Shown here: positions 59,288 through 64,000 of the stretch, piece after piece
Layout of the letters: each line of letters begins with the position of its first letter
Numbering within the stretch: the stretch's first letter is position 1
NCBI GenBank assembly: GCA_002104945.1
Contig: MCFH01000008.1
Location: forward strand, 62,001 to 126,000
DNA from: Piromyces finnis finn
Taxonomy: Eukaryota; Fungi; Neocallimastigomycota
DNA length: 64,000 nt
Direction of reading: 5' to 3'
The notes under the pieces: generated by a model
The model's input: the letters and a program-made list of their open reading frames with translations, nothing else
The model's database searches: none
What the model was told of the DNA's origin: nothing
Made by a program: the position numbers and the translations under genes

Positions 59288-62200
59288 TTTTTTAATTTAA
59301 TTTTTAAAATTTGAAATCTATTTTTCATAAAACGATAATTATTGCATATATTATTATATTTTATAATTGTTATTGTTATTATTTAATTAGCCAATTAGAT
59401 TATATCTGAATTTTGAGATTTTTAAAAATTATTATAAACATTCCTGTATCTGTAATTTCATTAATTACAGATATCCAATAAAAATTTAAAAAAATATTGT
59501 TTCAATTTCAGATTTTATATTATTTAAATAATTCAATTTTGTAATTTAATGGATAGTTACAATAGATTTAATAAAATATTTAAATAATTTATATCTAATA
59601 TTAGATTTATTTATTTGTTTATAATAATAAAGGTATTAATACTTATTTCCAGTTTATATTTATAAATTAAAAATTTTATTATGATATATTTATTTCCTCA
59701 ATTTTACCTTTTTTAATTTTTTACAAATTTAACATTTAAACTTTCTTTTCTTAAATAATAGCAATATCTGATTATTTTATTATATTATTATATAACAAGG
59801 ATTCTATAATTGGATTTTGGTTTTAATTAAAATATGTGTTACTTCTTTTTTCTCAATTATTATTTTGATGATGATGATTTCTTTAGATTCGGATTTTAAT
59901 AAATTTTTTAATTTAATTTTACTTTTCTATTTAATTGTTACTTTGTGTTATCTTATTGGTGTGTTCCAATGTTTTTTATTTATAATTTTGTACTTATCTT
60001 TAAATATGAATTTGAATTTTTAAATATAATACAGTAAAAATAAAAAATACTTTAAAAATAAAAAAAAAGAAAAAAGAAAAAGAAATATATATATATAGGG
60101 TATATACTATATATTGTTTGTTTGTTTGTTTTTCTATTATGAAATAATTGAACTATAAGAATTAAAATTAATTTAACATTTAAATATATATATGAATATT
60201 TAATAGATAAGTAAGACAAAATAATAATGATTATACACTAATCCTAATTTATAATTTGAAAATTGAATCAAAATTTAAGTATTATTTATTTATGTTTTGT
60301 TTTTTTTTAAAAGACTTTATATAGAATAAAATAAAAGTTTATACAAAGTACCAAAAAAAATTTTTTTAAACAAAAAGAATAAAAAAAAATTTTTTTTTTT
60401 TTGCTCTAGTATTTGAATTTTAATTTTATTATAGGATTATTAATATATAATATTTAATTTATATTTTATAGGAAAAAATGAATGAAATTAATAGGATTAA
60501 AGAAGAAAAAAAAATAAAAACTATTATTTATACATAATAAATATGTAATTCTTAATGGAACAAGCAAATTCCTTATTAAAAAAGGTTTATTATTTGCATA
60601 TATTCAAAAGTTTATTTTATTATTATTTAATCTTTTTAAATAGAGATGAAAATAATAATAAAATAACTATTATATTATTGCATTAATTACAATTACATTA
60701 TCATTTATTTGAGATATTGAAACCTTGATTAATAATATAAAATACATTCAAGAATCAGGAGAAAGGTAATTACAAAGAAACTATTAATAGATAAAAAAAA
60801 AAAATTAATACTCTTCTCAAAAAATAAAAGTATTTTAAAGATAATAATTGGTATTTGTAAATTAATAATTAAATTATATGCTTTGTGTATATTTCCTTAT
60901 CTTTAAGTATTTCTATTTGAAAGTAATATTAAAAAATGTAAGGATGGAATACAAAAATACACAATGAAATAATTGGATATAGTAGTAAAACCCTTAAAAA
61001 AAAAAAAGTCATCATCCTTTAATATTACTTTTTTATTATTAATTGAGTATTTTTTTATTTTTTTTTGTTGATGCTTAATTTATTCAACTTTTTAAGTTTT
61101 AATTAATATTTAATTGTAATTCTGTTTATATTGGATAATATATATATAACTATTTAAAATGTTTATTTAATAAAATTAAATGCTATATTTAGTAAATGTT
61201 TCAGTATCTAAAAGGAAATAATAAAATATACTTTTTTATTTTATCATTTGTAACCTATGCAACTTTAATAATCCTATTATTATATTACGCTATATACTCT
61301 ATATATATAATATATTGGCAATGAATGTCAATAATTAGTTTTATACTAATTACCTACTTACTTGTATAAATATGGAAGGTTTGAATTTAAAAATTATACT
61401 TTAAAAAACTTTATATTTAAGATTTATAGATGTTGTCATATATTAAAATATATATAAAAATATACTACCTCTATATTGAAAAGTCAAAAAAAAAAAAGAA
61501 AAAATAAGCATTTGGAAAGAATAAGAAATAATAATAAAAAAATAAAAACTTTAAAAAATATACAAACCTCCATAATATGAATAAAATAAACCTAAAAAAA
61601 AAAAAACAATATATATTTAGATTCTCTCTAACTTTTTTATTAATGAAAAAAAGTTCAATTTAGACGTAACAATTCATACTTTTATTTTTAATTTATCAAG
61701 TACATTTTATTAGTAATTAAAGTTTAATACTGTAATTTTATTGGAATAATACATTTTAAAATATTAAATTGAATGAAAAATGTAAACAATTAGATAATGT
61801 ATACAATTATATAAATTAATGTAAAAGTTTTTGAATGACTCATGTAATAGGGAAAAATTATTTGAAACACTTTATAATGAGCCTAATTTCTATCTATTAT
61901 AATATTTTATAAAATATACATTAAATATCGTATAATAATAAGAAAAATAATATAAATGACTAGAAAAATAAATTGGTGAACAGAAAGATTAAATCATTAT
62001 AATATCCATATATCAAAAACAAAACATATCTTTAACAAGAATAAATCTTTAAAAACCTTACCAGGAGGGAAGATTTATTATTCATAATCTTTTGAATTTT
62101 TAATTTTAATTTATTTTGTATTCCTTTCATTTAATAATAAAATTACATATTATGATATATATTACAATATATTGTAATATATTGTATATTGTGATACTAA

Positions 62201-62871
62201 AGAATTCTTTTCAATTATAAAAAAATAACCAACAACTAGTCTATATCTAAAAGGAAAATTAGAGTTTTAGGTTCAATAGTCATTCAGTTTTGATGCTATG
62301 GTATTGCATAAATAAAGAATGTATTATTAACTTTTTTATGAATAATTAGTTATGAAAAGTTACTAAACATTTCAATGCTTTTTATTATTATGAAATAATA
62401 AAGAGTAATTATTTATTATGGAAAAATAAAATGTAGCATTTTTGAAATTTCATATGAAAAAAATGGAGTATATTTCTATTTAATAAGGGTTAGGCTAAAT
62501 ATATTTAAAAATCAGCTAATTTTGCATCATAAAGAAGACGCTTTTTAAATGCGTTTCCTTTAACCTTGTTTTATATTCAATTCATTTATTAATAAATGAA
62601 AATAAAAAAAATAAACAAGAGTTAAAAATAAATATATAAAATAAAAATAATATAAAGCACAGTAATTACTATACATTATATTATATATTATATACAGAAT
62701 TTAATCTAATAATAATAATAATAATTTTTGATATATAATATAAAATTGGTTATAAATAAAATATAAAAAAACTAAAAGAATAATAAATAAATAAAATTTA
62801 AAAAACATAATAATAAAATCTTAATATAATTTTCATATATAAAAGCATTCTCATTAATATCTATATTCAAA

Positions 62872-64000
62872 ATGAATGACAATACCATGGATAACAATGA
62901 TAATGATATGAATGTAAAAACTGAAACAACATCATATAATCATAACAATATAGGTAAAATATATATATTATAGAATCTTTATAGCCAAATATTAATGATA
63001 ATTAATTAGTTTGATAATTTATTCGATTGATTATTATATATAAATATTCATAATATTTGTATTTTAAAATAATAGAACTAAATGATGAAGATAAAGAACA
63101 ACACGAATTTTTAAAAAGAAGAATGGAAGAAATTGAGAAAGAAGAAAAACAAAAGGAAGCTGAAAGAATAAAAAAACAACAAGAATATCAAGCAGAATTT
63201 CTAAATTATTTAAATAACAGGAAAAAACAAAAAGTATTTAAGCAACTTTTGGATATATGGTTAAATACAAAGAAATTAAAAAAAATTGGTCAAAAATTAA
63301 AAATAATTAAAGCTGATGATAATGCATTTGTAGCCGATAACATGGAATTTTTTAATAATATTAATTTAAATGATTCTAATTTAAATGAAAATGATAAAAG
63401 AGTTTGTCGAATTTGTTTTGGTGGTGTTAATGATGTTCTTGAATCAGGAAAACTTATATCACCCTGCAAATGCAAAGGTTCCATGAAATATGTTCATGTC
63501 AATTGTTTAAATGGTTAGTTATTTTTATTTAATATTAAAATATTATATTTCTTAATATATTAATATTGCTCAAATAATGATGATGCTCTTTTTAATATTT
63601 ATTTATTTATTAATTTATTTATTTTATTAATTCAATAGAATGGAGATTAGCGAGTGCTAATAAAGCAAGTTATTATCAATGCGACCAATGTAAATATAAA
63701 TATAATTTCCAAAGAACTAAATTAGCAAACTTCATTTCTAATAAATGTAAGATTTATATATATATATATTTATTCATTTACTATATCATTATAATTGCTT
63801 TAATTAATAGATTTTAATATGATTTTTCTTTTATTTAATTATAGTTTCTATATTGTTAATCACAATTCTTTTAACATATCTATACATTTTCTTTACCGGT
63901 TTTGTATTTAAAGCAATTATTCAATTAAAAAATTATAAAATTGGTGTATTTGAATTTCCAAAAATTAGCTTTTTTAATATAGGGTTGGAACATCATTTTT
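62872..64000 (+). CDS. RING-CH (RINGv/MARCH-type) membrane E3 ubiquitin ligase, 3'-truncated
   Basis: ATG at 62872 with a phase-1 intron to about 63074. C4HC3 finger CRICFGG...LISPCKCKGSMKYVHVNCLN-WRLASANKASYYQCDQCKYKY, followed by hydrophobic segments running to the window end. Confidence 0.88.

Noticed and set aside
62053-62095. U1 snRNA-like 5' end (CTTACCAGGAGGGAAGAT)
   Set aside because: No loop I ATTGCAC or coherent stem-loops downstream; better explained as the reverse complement of a 5' splice site.
61205-62260. Direct repeat TATCTAAAAGGAAA about 1 kb apart
   Set aside because: A short AT-rich match is plausible by chance, and there is no internal transposon coding sequence.

Overview
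Extremely AT-rich, intron-containing eukaryotic genomic DNA, most consistent with an anaerobic gut fungus (Neocallimastigomycota). This is an inference from the very low GC, short AT-rich GT-AG introns, a secreted CBM18 protein and flagellar genes. The window holds 12 protein-coding genes, two of them truncated by the window edges. In order: the 3' end of an intronless DUF3883/PD-(D/E)xK nuclease-domain gene; a secreted protein with a degenerate CBM18; a BRF2-like TFIIB-family factor; cohesin SA/Scc3; three consecutive flagellar genes (DRC5/TCTE1, CFAP58, CFAP47); MRE11; SNAPC3; a PDE9-like class I phosphodiesterase; an SLC35C2-like transporter; a large SEL1-repeat protein; and the 5' part of a RING-CH E3 ligase. 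I found no rRNA, tRNA, CRISPR array or intact transposase. The best leads are a BRF2-like factor plus SNAPC3 in a fungus, the nuclease gene at the left edge, a short hairpin element embedded in a (TTA)n tract, the flagellar gene run, and an AAGCG[AT] motif found in all five divergent intergenic regions. All family calls come from manual motif recognition; no database searches were run.
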